Source: Squalus acanthias (taxonomy: Eukaryota). From it: DNA of 64,000 nt. Where the stretch lies: assembly GCA_030390025.1 (NCBI GenBank), contig CM059432.1, positions 36,706,001 through 36,770,000 of the forward strand, read 5' to 3'. Made by a program: the position numbers and the translations under genes. The stretch's first letter is position 1, and every line of letters starts with the position of its first letter. Below are positions 12,438 to 25,362 of the stretch, piece by piece. The notes below the pieces were generated by a model that saw only the letters and a program-made list of their open reading frames with translations, was not told the DNA's origin and searched no databases.

Positions 12438-13649
12438 CTAAACAATAGTTTAATTTATACTCAGTATGTGTTGTCAGCCATCAGCAGGATCTCAAAACCT
12501 GGGGAATCAATTTTTCCCCTCTCCAGAAGGTACCAACTTTTGCTGGGGTACAGATCAACAGACACAGGCCACCATCACCCAAGTGGCCATTATGCATGGT
12601 GATCATCACAGATTGTGAGCAATTTGCAGGACTATTCGACTGTAGGAGGGGGGCATCACAGACTATCCTGATCCTGCCTTCACCCAACATCTACAGATGC
12701 ACTTGCCAGCTGGAGTCACTGGATGGTGATAGGAATGAAAACTCTGGCCGATTCCTCTCTTCCTCATCACGCCACTTCCAACCAAAAAAAGTCAACTATA
12801 GTCTGACCAATCATAGTTGAGATTAGCTGGCTCAGCACAAAATCTAGAGCATAGGAAATCAAACAAAATAATGGTTTACATTAGATTGCCAATTCTTGCC
12901 CCTCTTTGCTGACCATCAACCTCAGTCCGAGCATTTCCTTTTGTTGACTGCTCTTAGCAACATTGCTAAAGTTACTGTTTATTAATCCAGTTACTATTTA
13001 TTAATCCATTAATGTTAATTAATCAAATTACTATGTATGAATTAATCCATAATTATATAGTATTTATTAATCCAGTTACTGTTTATTCAAAAAAAAAATT
13101 AATTCATTCTCAGGATGTGGACGTCACTGGCAAGGCCAGCATTTATTGCCTAGCTCTAGTGGTGAGCCGCCTTCTTGACACAACTGAGTGGCTTGCTGGG
13201 CCACTTCAGAGGGCAGTGAAGAGTCAACCAAGTTGGTGTGGGACTGGCGTCACATATAGGTCAGACCAGGTAAGAACAGCAGGTTGCCTTCTCTAAAGGA
13301 CAGTTGTGAACCAATTGGGGTTTATAGACAATCTGACAGTTTCATGGTCACTTTTACTGATACCAGCTTTTATTAGACATTGAAATCTGATTTAACAATA
13401 CTATTTAATTGAGTGTTTAATGATTATAGAATCATAGAACGATTGAGCACAGAAGCAAGCCATTCGGCCCATCGTGTCAGTGCCAGCTCTTTGAAAGAGC
13501 TATCCAATTAGTCCCCCTTCCCATGTCCTTTCCCCATAACCCTGCAATTTTTCCCTTGATATTTAATATTGTAGTGCTTTGTAATTTACTGCATATTATA
13601 TTTGATCATATCTCAGTGTCGCTGTACGTCTGATTGTATACACTGCATG

Positions 13650-14070
13650 TGCTGAGTGCTCAGGCTTGGCCCTGTAGCTCCCACCTTGCTGCCTGCTGCC
13701 CCCTGCTCCCGGCGGCCGCTCCGACTCTTCCTCCTCTCCCCCGGGGTCACGCTGCTGCTGCTCCCGCGGACTTGCCGTGTGCTTAAACCGGCTCATTGCT
13801 CCAGTCTGGCCGCAGTCCCACTCCGAGTGCCAGCTGGGGGCTGCGGCCCGTCCCCATGGCCCGGTGCTGCGGTGTCTCAGCGGGCAGAGCCCCCTCATTA
13901 AACGGCGCAACGCACCCGAGGCCCCAACCGCCGCCATCTTTGACATAAACAGCAGCCGAGCCGGCTACAGGGCTTCGCGGAGAGGCGAGGAGCAGTGGAC
14001 AAGATGGCGCTCCCACAATTAGTTCTGACAACCAGTGCAGCGCAGCGCAGCGCAACCCCTGCTGGCAGGA
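13650..14070. promoter_or_regulatory. CpG island / DHX30 promoter with two opposed YY1-type motifs
   Basis: GC- and CpG-rich non-repeat stretch. GCCGCCATCTTTG at 13930-13942 (AAGATGGCGGC on minus) and CAAGATGGCG at 14000-14009 on plus. Confidence 0.75.
13685..13946 (-). CDS. DHX30: DHX30 coding exon 1 (mitochondrial-presequence-type N-terminus)
   Basis: MSKMAAVGASGALRRLMRGLCPLRHRSTG...GGSRQQ in a CpG island. ATGs at 13946 and 13937 (AAGATGGCGG). Donor CAAG|GTGGGA at 13684, phase 1, joins exon 2 in frame. Resembles the MAAARRLM start of the mitochondrial DHX30 isoform. Confidence 0.8.
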
Positions 14071-15304
14071 TGAGTCAGTGTGTGGAGAACGTGCACCCTT
14101 TCAAAATCACAGCCTTTGGCTGAGTGGTAGCAATCCTGCCTTTGAATCAGAAAGCGCAGAGTTCAAACCCATTCCAGGCAGTCCCGGATCTCCGGCTCTG
14201 AATTCATTGGAATACTCAGTAGATTATGTTAAAATTCATAACAATTCTCCTGCCATACAATTCTAAGCACCCTATTGGCTGGTATAAAAATGGTTACTGC
14301 AATGGAAGGAGCGTTAATCAGCCTCGGAATCCTTCCACTATTTTATTCAAGAGTGTGAAGATACAAAAACCACTCAATAATTGAGAACAAGGAAAACCAT
14401 TCAGTCCATCTTAATTAATTTATCCATAAAGACCCCATAGTCCTCCCATTGCAGCATCCACTTATTTCTTAAACAATTCCAGGATTTTCAATCCCATTAC
14501 TCTATCCAGATCACTCTTTATGGGGCTGAGGTGAAGCGTCTTTCAGAGGAAAATTTGAGGCATCAACCTTCTATGGCAGACTCAGTAATCTGGCATGAGC
14601 TGGGCAGGTCCTCAGATCGCCGGAACATGATGGGCGACCAGGCAGCTTGGTCCCCATGCTCAAATAGCCAGCCAACACTCAACGCCTAGACTCCAGATCA
14701 AAGTTGGCAACTTGAGCAATGTACTTGAGGCTGTCTGGTGCTTGTGAAATGATAGCCCAGGGAAAGTCAGCACCATCCAGGGGAAAGGAGAGTAAATTGA
14801 GACAAAATTTAAAAATGATGTTCCCCAGCATTCCCGAGATAGCCAAGAACTAGAGGAAACCTAGAGGTTGGTCTGCAGAGAAGGACGTGAGAGAGAAAAT
14901 TACCAATGCTGTGCGAACGCTCATTTAAAACAGGTTTCACAATCATTTTACATTGAGGGAATTTTTTCCTCTCCCCTCCTATCCTGAAGGCGCTGACTCT
15001 TACTGGGTTACAGATGCATGGGTGCCCTGCACTGCCTCACCTAACAGACCGGTCTTCATGACAGTGAACATCAACTGACTATTCAACCATGGGTGACATC
15101 ACAGATGAGCTTGATCCTGTTCGCATGTGTGGGAATTCTGACAAACCCAAATTTGAAGTCTGATTTCAGTTTTGACATGGGGTGCTGCCTGAATTGCATG
15201 AAATTAATTGGAACCGATTAGATTTTTATAATACAGAATTCTAGATAAACAAGATTTTTAGTACAATAAAAGATAATGTTCTCTCTAAAACTTTATCGTC
15301 GAAA

Positions 15305-15897
15305 TTTACAACACAGAAGGAGGCCATTAGGCCCATTGTGTCTGTGCTGGCTGAAAAAGAGCTATCCAGCCTAATCCCACTTTCCAGCTCTTGGTACGTA
15401 GTCTTGTAGGTTACGGCAATTCAAGTGCATATCCAAATACTTTTTAAATGCGGTGAGGGTTTCTACCTCTACCATCCTTTCAGGCAATGAGTTCCAGACC
15501 CTCACCACCTTCTGGGTGAAAAAAGTTCTCCTCAACTCCCCTCTAATCTATTGACCTCTCTGCTAAGGGAAATAGGTCCTTCCTATCCACTCTATCTCGG
15601 CCCCTCATAATTTTATACACCTCAATTAAGTCTCCCCTCAGCCTCCTCTGTTCCAAAGAAAACAACCCCAGCCTACCTAATCTTTCTCAATAGCTAAAAT
15701 TCTCCAGTCCTGGCAACATCCTCAGCAATCTTCTCTGTACCCTCTCTAGAGCAATCACATCTTTCCTGTAATGTGGTGGGTGACCAGAACTGTTTGCAGT
15801 ACTCAAGCTGTGGCCTAACTAGTGCTTTATACAGTTCAAGAATAACCTCCCTGCTCTTATATTTTATGCCTCAGCTAATAAAGGAAAGTATCCTGTA
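15305..15897 (-). mobile_element. CR1 3' fragment
   Basis: Same subfamily 3' end as 34388-34987. Confidence 0.8.
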
Positions 15898-18038
15898 TAA
15901 AACAGAAAGTGCTGGAAATACTCAGCAGGTCAGTCAGCATCTGTGGAGAAAGAAATAGAGTTAACGTTTCTGGTCAATGACCTTTTGTCAGAACTGGAAA
16001 AAGTTAGAGATATAACAGATTTTAAGCAAGTGCAGAGGCAGGGAAAAGGGGGAGGGTAGTAAAGAACAAAAGGGAAGGTCTGTGATAGGGTGGAAGGCTG
16101 GGTGGAATATCTCCTCACGGCCGCCAACCTCATAGTTCCCCAACCCCGCACAGCCCGCTTCTACCTCCTTCCACAAACAGGACTGCCCTGGTAGACCCAT
16201 CATTTCAGCCTGTTCTTGCCTCACAAAACTGATTTCTTCCTATCTCGACTCTTTTTTCTCCCCTTGTCCAGTCACTTCCCACCTACATCCGCGACTCTTC
16301 TGACGCCCTCCGCCACTTTAACAGTTTCCAGTTTCCTGACCCCAATCGTCTCCTTTTCACCTCCATCCCCACCAGGACGGCCTGAGGGCGCTCCGCTTCT
16401 TTCTTGAACAGAGGCCCAACCAGTCCCCATCCACCACCAACCTCCTCCGTCTGGCTGAACTTGTTCTCACATTGAACAACTTCTCCTTTGACTACACTCA
16501 CTTCCTCCAAATTAAAGGTGTTGCTATGGGAACCTGCATGGGTCCTAGCTATGCCTGCCTTTTCATGGGATGTGTGGAACATTTATTGTTCCAGTCCTAC
16601 TCAGTTCCCCTCCCTCACCTCTTTTTCCAGTACATTTATGACTGTATCAGTGCAGTTTCCTGCTCTCGCCCTGAACTAGAAAATTTCATTCACTTTGCTT
16701 CCAATTTTGACCCTTCCCTCACCTTCACATGGTCCATCTCCGACTCTTCCCTTCCCTGACTTCTCTGTCTCCATTTCTGGGGATAGGCTATCAACAAACA
16801 TCCATTATAAGCCCACTGACTCCCACAGCTATCTGGACTACACTTCCTCCCACCCAGTTTTCTGTAAGGACTCTATTCCATTCTCCCAGTTACTCCATCT
16901 CCGTCGCATCTGCTCTGACGACGCCACCTTCCATACTGTCTTCCTTTTTCCTCAACCGAGGATTCCCCTCTACCATGGTTGACATGGCCCTCAACCGTGT
17001 CCGTTCCATTTTCCGCACTTCTGCTCTCACCCCTTCCCCTCCCTCCCAGAACCACGATAGTGTTTCCCTTGTCCTCACCTTTCACCCCACCAGCCTCCAC
17101 ATTCAACGGATCATTCTCCGCCATTTCCGCCACCTCCACCATGATGCCACCACCAAACACATCTTCCCCTCCTCTCCCCTTTCAGCATTCTGAAGGGACC
17201 ACTCCCTCCGCGACACCCTGGTCCACTCCTCAATCACCCCCAACACCACTTCCCCTTCCCATAGCACCTTCCTGTGCAAGCGCAGGAGATGCAACACCTG
17301 CCCTTTTACCTCCTCCCTTCCCATTGTCCAGGGCCCCAAACATTCCTTCCAGGTGAAACAGCGACTTACTTGTACTTCTTGCAATTTAGTATACTGTATT
17401 CGCTGCTCACGATGCGGTCTCCTCTACACTGGGGAGACCAAACGCAGATTGGGTGACCGCTTTGCGGAACACCTCCGTTCAGTCTGTAAGCGTGACCCCG
17501 AGCTTCCGGTCACCTGTCACTTTAATTCTCCACTCCACTCCCACTCCGAGCTCTCTGACCTCGGCCTCTTACACTGTTCCAATGAAGCTCAATGTAAGCT
17601 CGAGGAACAGCACCTCATCTTTCGATTAGGCACTTTACAGTCTTCTGGACTCAACATCGAGCTCAACAATTTCAGACCATAACCCCTGCTCCTATTTTTT
17701 TTCTCTCTCACATGGCAGCTGTTGATGATTCTGCCATTTCCATTTGCACCTCATCTAGAATCATCTTTTGTTTCTTAACTTGTCCCATTACCATCTCCTT
17801 TTGCCTTTCACCATCATCCCTTTTGTCTTTTAATCTCTCCTGCCTTCCATCCTATTTCAGACCTTCATTTTTGTTCTTTCCGCCCCTACCCCTACCCTTC
17901 CTTAAAAATCTGTTACATCTCTAACTCTTTCCAGTTCTGACGAAGGGTCATCGACCTGAAACATTGATGCTGTTTCTCTCTCCACAGCTGCTGCCTGACC
18001 TCCTGAGTATTTCCAGCATTAGCTGTTTTTATTTTAGA
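15898..18038 (+). mobile_element. Penelope-like element (family B), decayed, with inverted 5' pLTR
   Basis: RT QIKGVAMGTCMGPSYACLFMG, HYKPTDSHSYLDYTSSHP; linker CKRRRCNTC; GIY-YIG LVYCIRCSRCGLLYTGETKRRLGDRFAEH. 15898-16100 is an inverted copy of about 17838-18030. Confidence 0.92.
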
Positions 18039-18641
18039 TAAATCAACTTGTTGTTTTTATTAATATTGACAGAAAGTACAAGCAAGTTATATGTCTATAA
18101 TTACTACTAGGATATCCATTGTGTCTGCAAACTACTAACCAATCCAGGTGAGTTCAGCATGGAATACCAAACAATTACTGAAAGTGAGCCTATTAACACA
18201 CCTAGATTGACAATGTCAGATTACAGGCTCTAAACCTATCAATTGAGATTATTGTCATGTGATCTTTGTGTCACATGCTACTACACCAGTAGATGGCAAT
18301 GTCACACCACATACACTATTCTCACTGGAATGTGGGTGTCGTTTATATAGAAGATAACACAATTTTGTATGGTTATAAACATCATGCTGTTCTAAAATAA
18401 TAACAGCTGGGACCTAGAAATGCTGTCTCCAAAGTAGCTATAATTCTTACACAAACGCTTCGATGCTTCTTGAATTGCATTAACCTGATACTTCCCGCTT
18501 ACTTACTTGGCATTCCTCTGCAGAATCCTAATGACCTAATCTAAGCCATGTGTTAGCCGCTATCAAACAGAATACATTCTCATAATACAAAGATATTAAT
18601 ACTGACTTCTGTATTGTTAGGTTATTTTTCATATTATATTA

Positions 18642-18968
18642 CAGGAAACTCTTTATTAACCGGCACCGACGGGACCGGCGTGGTGCCGGTTGATCAAAAA
18701 GTCCGGTTTACAGAGAGGTATACTTACCAAGGTACAAGAGCCCCGTACACGGCCACAGGTGCAGGAGCCCCGGCTACACGGCCACAGATCCAGGAGTCCC
18801 TGGTGCACGGCCACAGGGGCAGGAACCCCGGTTACACGGCCACAGATCCAGGAATCCCGGTTACACGTCCACTAATATATAGTAAAACTTACCTGAACCT
18901 ACTCCTGAATTTTGCCGGTTAAGAGAGATTTCCGGATATTTAGGTGTCGGTTAAAAGAGAGTTTCCTG
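18642..18968. mobile_element. Tc1/mariner-pogo (Tigger-like) MITE with internal 29-bp tandem repeat
   Basis: TA|CAGGAAACTCT ... AGAGTTTCCTG|TA. About 5 units of period 29 (ACAC/ACGGCCACAG core at 18749, 18778, 18807, 18836, degenerate at 18865). Confidence 0.85.
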
Positions 18969-19212
18969 TATACACTATCCTACAGAGTTGGGGTTTGATG
19001 GTTCTCACTCTCCTTTAAATTCTTGGCAAGGCAACTAGACTCCATCCGATGCTGACCGATCCCAGGAGCCCTCAGTAATGCCAGACTCTGGACTGCAAAT
19101 CCTCCAAAACTATCTTTGCAGTCCTGCTGGACTCTCCTCCCCAGATTTTCCCATACTCCCATATCCTAGACCGCGCTCTTGCTGCCCTGAATCCCTTAGA
19201 CAGAATCCCAGA

Positions 19213-21745
19213 GAACATAAGAACATAACATAAGACGTAGGAGCAGGAGTAGGTCATTTGGCCCCTCGAGCCTGCTCCGCCATTCAATAAGATCATGGCT
19301 GATCTGATCTTGGCCTCAACTCCACTTCCCTGCCCACTCCCCATAACCCTTGACTCCCTTATCGTTCAAAAATCTGTCTATCTCCACCTTAAATATATTC
19401 AATGACCCAGCCTCCACAGCTCTCTGGGGAAGAGAATTCCAAAGATTCACGACCCTCTGAGAGAAGAAATTCCTCCTCATTTCCGATTTAAAAGGGTGCC
19501 CCCTTATTCTGAAATCATGCCCCCCCAGTTCCAGATTCCCCCACGAGGGGAAACATCCTCTCTGCATCTACCCTGTCAAGCTCTTCAGAATCTTATATGT
19601 TTCAATAAGATCCTCTCATTCTTCTAAACTCCAATGAGTATAGGCCCAACCTGCTCAACCTTTCTTCATAAGACAACCCCTTCATCTCCGGAATCAACCT
19701 CGTGAACCTTCTCTGAACTGCCTCCAAAGCAAGTATATCCTTCCTTAAATAAGGAGACCAAAACTGTACGCAGTACTCCAGGTGTGGACTCACCAACGCC
19801 CTGTACAGTTGTAACAGGATTTCCCTACTTTTATACTCCATTCCCTTTGCAATAAAGGCCAACACTCCATTTGCCTTCCTAATTACTTGCTGTACCTGCA
19901 TGCTAACTTTTTGTGATTCATGTACAAGGACCCCCAGATCCCTCTGTACCTCAGCATTTTGTAATCTCTCCCCATTTAAATAATAATTTGCTTTTTTATT
20001 TTTCCTACCAAAGTGGATAACCTCGCATTTTCCCACATTAAACTCCATCTGCCAGATTTTTGCCCACTCACTTAGCCTATAAACATAAGAACATAAGAAA
20101 TAGGAGCAGGAGTAGGCCAATCGGCCCCTCGAGCCTGCTCCGCCATTCAATAAGATCATGGCTGATCTGATCCTAACCGCCAATCTACTATCTATCACAG
20201 AACCATCTCCTGCATCTAACAGAATTGCACACACGAAATAGGAGCAGAATCAGGCTACACAGTCCCTGGGCCCGCTCCACTACCCACAGGGCCATGACCG
20301 ATCCGAACCTAGACTCATGTCCAAATTCCTGCCCGCTCCCCGTAACCCTTAATGCCCTTTACTTCTAGGAAACTGTCTATTTCTGTTTTAAATTTAATTA
20401 ATGTTGTAGCTTCTACAGCTTTTTGTGGCAGCATATTCCATGGACCTACCACCCTCTGAGTGAAGTAGTTCCTCCTCATCTCAGTTTTGAAAGAGCAGCC
20501 CCTTATTCTAAGACTATGTCCCCTAGTTCTCGTCTCACCCGTCATCGGGAACATCCTCCCCGCATCCACCCGATCCAACCCCTTCACAATCTTATATGTT
20601 TCAATAAGATCGCCTCTCATTCTTCTGAACTCCAATGAGTAGAGTCCCAATCTACCCAACCTCTCCTCATATGACCACCCCCTCATCCCCGGGATTAACC
20701 GAGTGAACCTTTTTTGCACTGCCTCGAGAGCAAGGATGTCTTTCCTTAAGTAAGGACACCAAAACTGTATGCAGTATTCCAGGTGCGGTCTCACCAATAC
20801 CTTGTACAACTGAAGCAATACCTCCCTATTTTTATATTCTATCCCCCTAGCAATGAAAGCCAACATTCCATTTGCCTTCTTAATCACTTGCTGCACCTGC
20901 ATACTAACCTTTTGAGTTTCGTGCACCAGGACCCCCAGATCCCTTTGCACTTCAGTACTCTCCAGTTTCTTGCCATTAAGATAATAAATTGCTCTAGGAT
21001 TTTTCCTGCCAAAGTGCATCACCTCACACTTTCCAGTGTTGTATTCCATCTGCCAAATCTCTGCCCACTTACTTAGCCTGTCTATGTCCCCTTGCAGGTT
21101 TTTTATGTCCTCCTCACTCACTACTTTCCCTCCCATCTTTGTATCATCTGCAAATTTTGATATGTTACACTTGGTCCCTTCCTCCAAATCGTTAATATAG
21201 ATTGTGAAGAGTTGGGGACCCAGCACTGACCCCTGTGGAACACCACTAGTTACTGATTGCCAGTCTGAGAATGAACCATTTATCCCAACTCTTTGCTTTC
21301 TGTTAGATAGCCAATCCTCTATCCATGCCAGAATATTACCCCCAATCCCGTGATTTTTTACCTTAAGCAATAATCTTTTGTGTGGCACCTTGTCAAATGC
21401 CTTTTGGAAGTCTAAATACACTACGTCCACTGGTTCCCCTTTATCCACTCTATATGTTACTTCCTCAAAGAACTCCAGCAAATTTGTCAAACATGACTTC
21501 CCCTTCGTAAAACCATGCTGACTTTGTCCTATTAAATTATGATTATCCAAATGTCCTGTTACTGTTTCCTTAATAATGGACTCCAAAATTTTACCTACCA
21601 CAGATGTTAGGCTAACCGGTCTATAGTTACCAGCCTTCTGTCTACTGCCCTTTTTAAATATCTATATCCCTTTGGCGATTCTTTGCGTCCTCCACACAAT
21701 TTGCTTTCCCACCTATCTTTGTATCATCAGTCATTAATATAGAGC
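19213..21745 (-). mobile_element. Host CR1 fragment (19213-20080 and 21661-21745) split by a younger CR1
   Basis: Host sequence CTTAGCCTAT|CTATATCCC rejoins across the insert; 3' tail at 19213. Confidence 0.85.
20083..21660 (-). mobile_element. Young 5'-truncated CR1, near-identical to 60566-62140
   Basis: Uninterrupted 428-aa ORF 20315-21601 with the same peptide as the full-length copy; same doubled 3'UTR. Confidence 0.95.
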
Positions 21746-22012
21746 CACCCTAATACACCCAGATCTTGAGACCTCCCTCCCCAATGCTCCCTTTCCCAGT
21801 GATCTGAGATCCCAGGAATTACACCAGTTTTCCTAGAACTTCCCTCTCCAGTGATCCCAAAACCCTAGAACCCCCAACCCAGTGCTCCCAGACCCTGGGG
21901 CTACCTTAAAATACAGCTAGAGCTGGAGACCCCCATAGCATAATTGATAGACCTTGTGCTCCCCTCTCAGTATTTCCAGGCCCCTGGTAATACTACTTGA
22001 TGTAACACCCTA

Positions 22013-22312
22013 GAACATAAGATCATAAGAAGCAGGGGTAGGCCATATGGCCCCTCGAGCCTGCTCCGCCATTTAATAAGATCATGGCTGATCTTTGACC
22101 TCAACTCCACTTTCCTGCCCTATCCCTTGATTCCTCTGGAGCCTAAAAATCTATCTATCTCAGCCTTGAATATATTCAATGACTGAGCATTCACAGCTTT
22201 TTGGGGCAGAGAATTCCAAAGATTCACAACCCTCTGAGTGAAGAAATTCCTCCTCATCTCAGTCTTGAAAGGCTGACCCCTAGTTCTAGATTCTTCAGCC
22301 AGGGGAAACAAT
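22013..22312 (-). mobile_element. CR1 3' end fragment
   Basis: [22 protein letters not shown] plus 3' hairpin and tail. Confidence 0.85.
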
Positions 22313-22899
22313 CTAACCCCTTTGCTGACTCACTATGAGCAATGCCATGGGAGATTTGCTAGTCCACTGTAAATATAGTTTGACCATTTTTTCAACAAGA
22401 AGTATTTGGTGGGGTGGAAGTTACTTTTGAACGTTTGTTTTTCAAGCACTGAGACAAAAGGTGGGTAATAGGCTAGAAATTGGAAGTTGCTTTTCCCAAA
22501 GATTATAAACAATTTGTTAACCTGTTAATCAGTAAATGCCTCAGTCCCATTGTGCGGAGAAGTCTCTGGTCCCGGGCACTCGGGTGGTCTGGATGACTTT
22601 CTCATCAGGTTGTGAACACAGGGTGTTAAAAAATTTACATCGTAGTGGCTTGCTAGACCACTTAAAAATCAACCATTTAGTGTGGACAAGAGTCATGTGT
22701 AGGCCACACTGGCTATCGGAGGCAGATTCCCTTCCTTTCACACCCTGAAGCAGTTGGGTTTTTGCAGTAGGTTTTCATTTTTTTCCACTACCAGCCCACA
22801 AATGACCAGCTTTATTTAGTTTAATTCCACAACTTGCCAGGGTGGGATTTAATCCCACAACTTCTGGGTTGCTAGTCTACTACATGACCGTACTTTTTT

Positions 22900-23480
22900 T
22901 TAACATTTGTTTTATGGGATGTGGGCGTCGCTGGCAAGGCCAGCATTTATTGCCCATCCCTAATTGCCCTTGAGAAGGTGGTGGTGAGCCGCCTTCTTGA
23001 ACCGCTGCAGTCCGTGTGGTGATGGTACTCCCACAGTGCTGTTAGGTAGGGAGTTCCAGGATTTTGACCCAGCGACGATGAAGGATCAGCGATGTACTTC
23101 TAAGTCCGGATGGTGTGTGACTTGGAGGGGAACTTGGAGGTGGTGGTGTTCCCATGCGCCTGCTGCCCTTTGTCCTTCTAGGTGGAAGAGGTCGCGGGTT
23201 TGGGAGATGCTGCCGAAGAAGCCTTGGCGAGTTGCTGCAGTGCATCTTGTAGAGGGTACACACTGCAGCCACGGTACGCCGGTGGTGGAGGGAGTGAATG
23301 TTTAAGGTGGTGGATGGGCTGCCAATCAAGTGGGCTGCTTTGTCCTGGATGGTGTCGAGCTTCTTGAGTGTTGTTGGAGCTGCACTCATCCAGGCAAATG
23401 GAGAGTATTCCATCACACTCCTTACTTGTGCCTTGTAGAAAGGCTTTGGGGAGTCAGGAGGTGAGACACTCGCTGCAGAA
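22900..23480 (-). mobile_element. LINE family B (CR1/L2-group) 3' fragment
   Basis: MEYSPFAWMSAAPTTLKKLDTIQDKAA..HSLHHRRTVAA; matches 41965-42815. Confidence 0.85.
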
Positions 23481-23564
23481 TACTCACCATGTATTTCATA
23501 TGCCTGCCCAATGCGGCGACTCAGGACTCAGCCCACCCAACTTGCAACCCAACATCAGACTTGG

Positions 23565-25362
23565 AACAAAATAAAAAGAGAAAATGCTGGAAATACTCAG
23601 CAGGTCAGGCAGCATTTAAGGAGAGAGAAACAGAGTTAACTTTCCTGGTCGTGACCTTTCATCAGAATTGGAAAAAGTTATAGAGCTGTAACTGGTTTTA
23701 AGCAAGTACAGAGGCAGGGAAAGGCAGGAGGGGAGGAAAGAACAAAAGTGGAAGGCAAGTGAGATTAAATGACAAAAGGGATGATGGTGCAAGGCAAAAG
23801 AGGATGGTAATGGGACAAGTAAAGAAACAAAAGATGGGTCAAGAGGAGGTATACATGGCAATAGCAGAATCATTATTAACAGCTGCTGCCCTAAAAGATG
23901 GGAGCAGTGGTTGTGATCTGAAATTGTAGAACTCAATGTTGAGCCAGGAAGGCTGTAAAGTGCCTAATCAAAAGATGAGGAGCTGTTCTTCGAGCTTCAT
24001 TAGCAGAGTATAGGAGGCCAAGGACAGAGAGGTTAAAGTGGGAGTGGGGCAGAGCATTAAAGTGACAAGCAACTGGAAATTCAGGGTTGCGCTTGCAGAC
24101 TGAACGGAGGTGTGCCGCAAAGCGATCACCCAATCTGCCTTTGGTCTCCCCAATGTAGAGGAGACCGCATCGTGAGCAGTGAATACAATATACTAAATTG
24201 AAAGAAGTACAACTAAATCACTGTTTTACCTGGAAGGAGTGTTTGGGGCCCTGGATGGTGGGAAGGGAGGAGGTAAAAGGGCAGGTACATTGATGACTGT
24301 ATAGGTGCCGTTTCCTGCTCTCGCCCCAAAATGGAAAATATCATCAACTTTGCTTCTAATTTCTTCCAACCCTTCCCTCACATTCACATGGTCCATCTCC
24401 AACACTTCCCTTCCCTTCCTCGACATTTCTGGGGATAGGCTGTCGACTAAGGGAAGGTGCCGTGGGAAGGGGAAGAGTTGTTGGGGGTGATTGATGAGTG
24501 GACCAGGGTGTCATGGAGGGAACGATCCTACGGAATGTTGAAAGGGGAGGGGAAGATGTGTTTGGTAGTGGAATCATGGTGTAGGTGGCGGTAATGGCGG
24601 AGGATGATCTGTTGAATGTGGAGGCTGGTGGGTGGAAGGTGAGGACAAGGGGAACCCTATCGTGGTTCTGGGAGGGAGGGGAAGGAGTGAGAGCAGAAGT
24701 GCGGAAGTGGGACAGACACGGTCGAGGGCCATGTCAACCACGGTGGAGGGGAATCCTCGGTTGAGGAAAAAGGAAAACATATCGGAAGCACTGGTATGGA
24801 AGGTGACATCATCAGATAACTTTGTTCCAGTCCTACTCCGGTCCCCTCACCGATGGAGGAGGCGGAGAAACTGGGAGAATAGAGTCCTTACAGGAAGTGG
24901 GTGGGAGGAAGTGTAATCAAGGTAGCTGTGGGAGTCAGTGGGCTTATAGTAGATATTAGTCGACAGCCTATCCCCAGAAATGTCGCGGAAGGGAAGGGAA
25001 GTGTTGGAGTTGGACCATGTGAATGTGAGGGAAGGGTTGGAAGAAATTGGAAGCAAAGTTGATGACATTTTCCATTTCGGGGCGAGAGCAGGAAACGGCA
25101 CCTATACAATCATCAATGTACCAGAAAAGGAGGTGAGGGAGGGGACCCGAGTAGGACTGGAACAAAGTTATCCCACAAAAAGGCAGGCACAGCAAGGAAC
25201 CGTACGGGTTCCTATAACAACACCTTTTATTTGCAGGAAGTGAGTGGAGTCAAAGGAGAAGTTGTTCAATGTAAAAACAAGTTCAGTCAAGTGGAGAAGG
25301 GTGATGGTGGATGGGAACTGGTTGAGCCACCGTTCAAGGAAGAAGCGGAGGGCCCTCAGACC
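23565..25362 (-). mobile_element. Penelope-like element (family B), decayed, with internal inverted duplications
   Basis: FWYIDDC RT motif, YYKPTDSHSYLDY, GDRFAAHLRS (GIY-YIG region); pLTR at 23565-23920. Confidence 0.9.

Noticed and set aside
22515..22620. Candidate upstream DHX30 exon
   Set aside because: No similarity to known DHX30 N-termini and no convincing acceptor.
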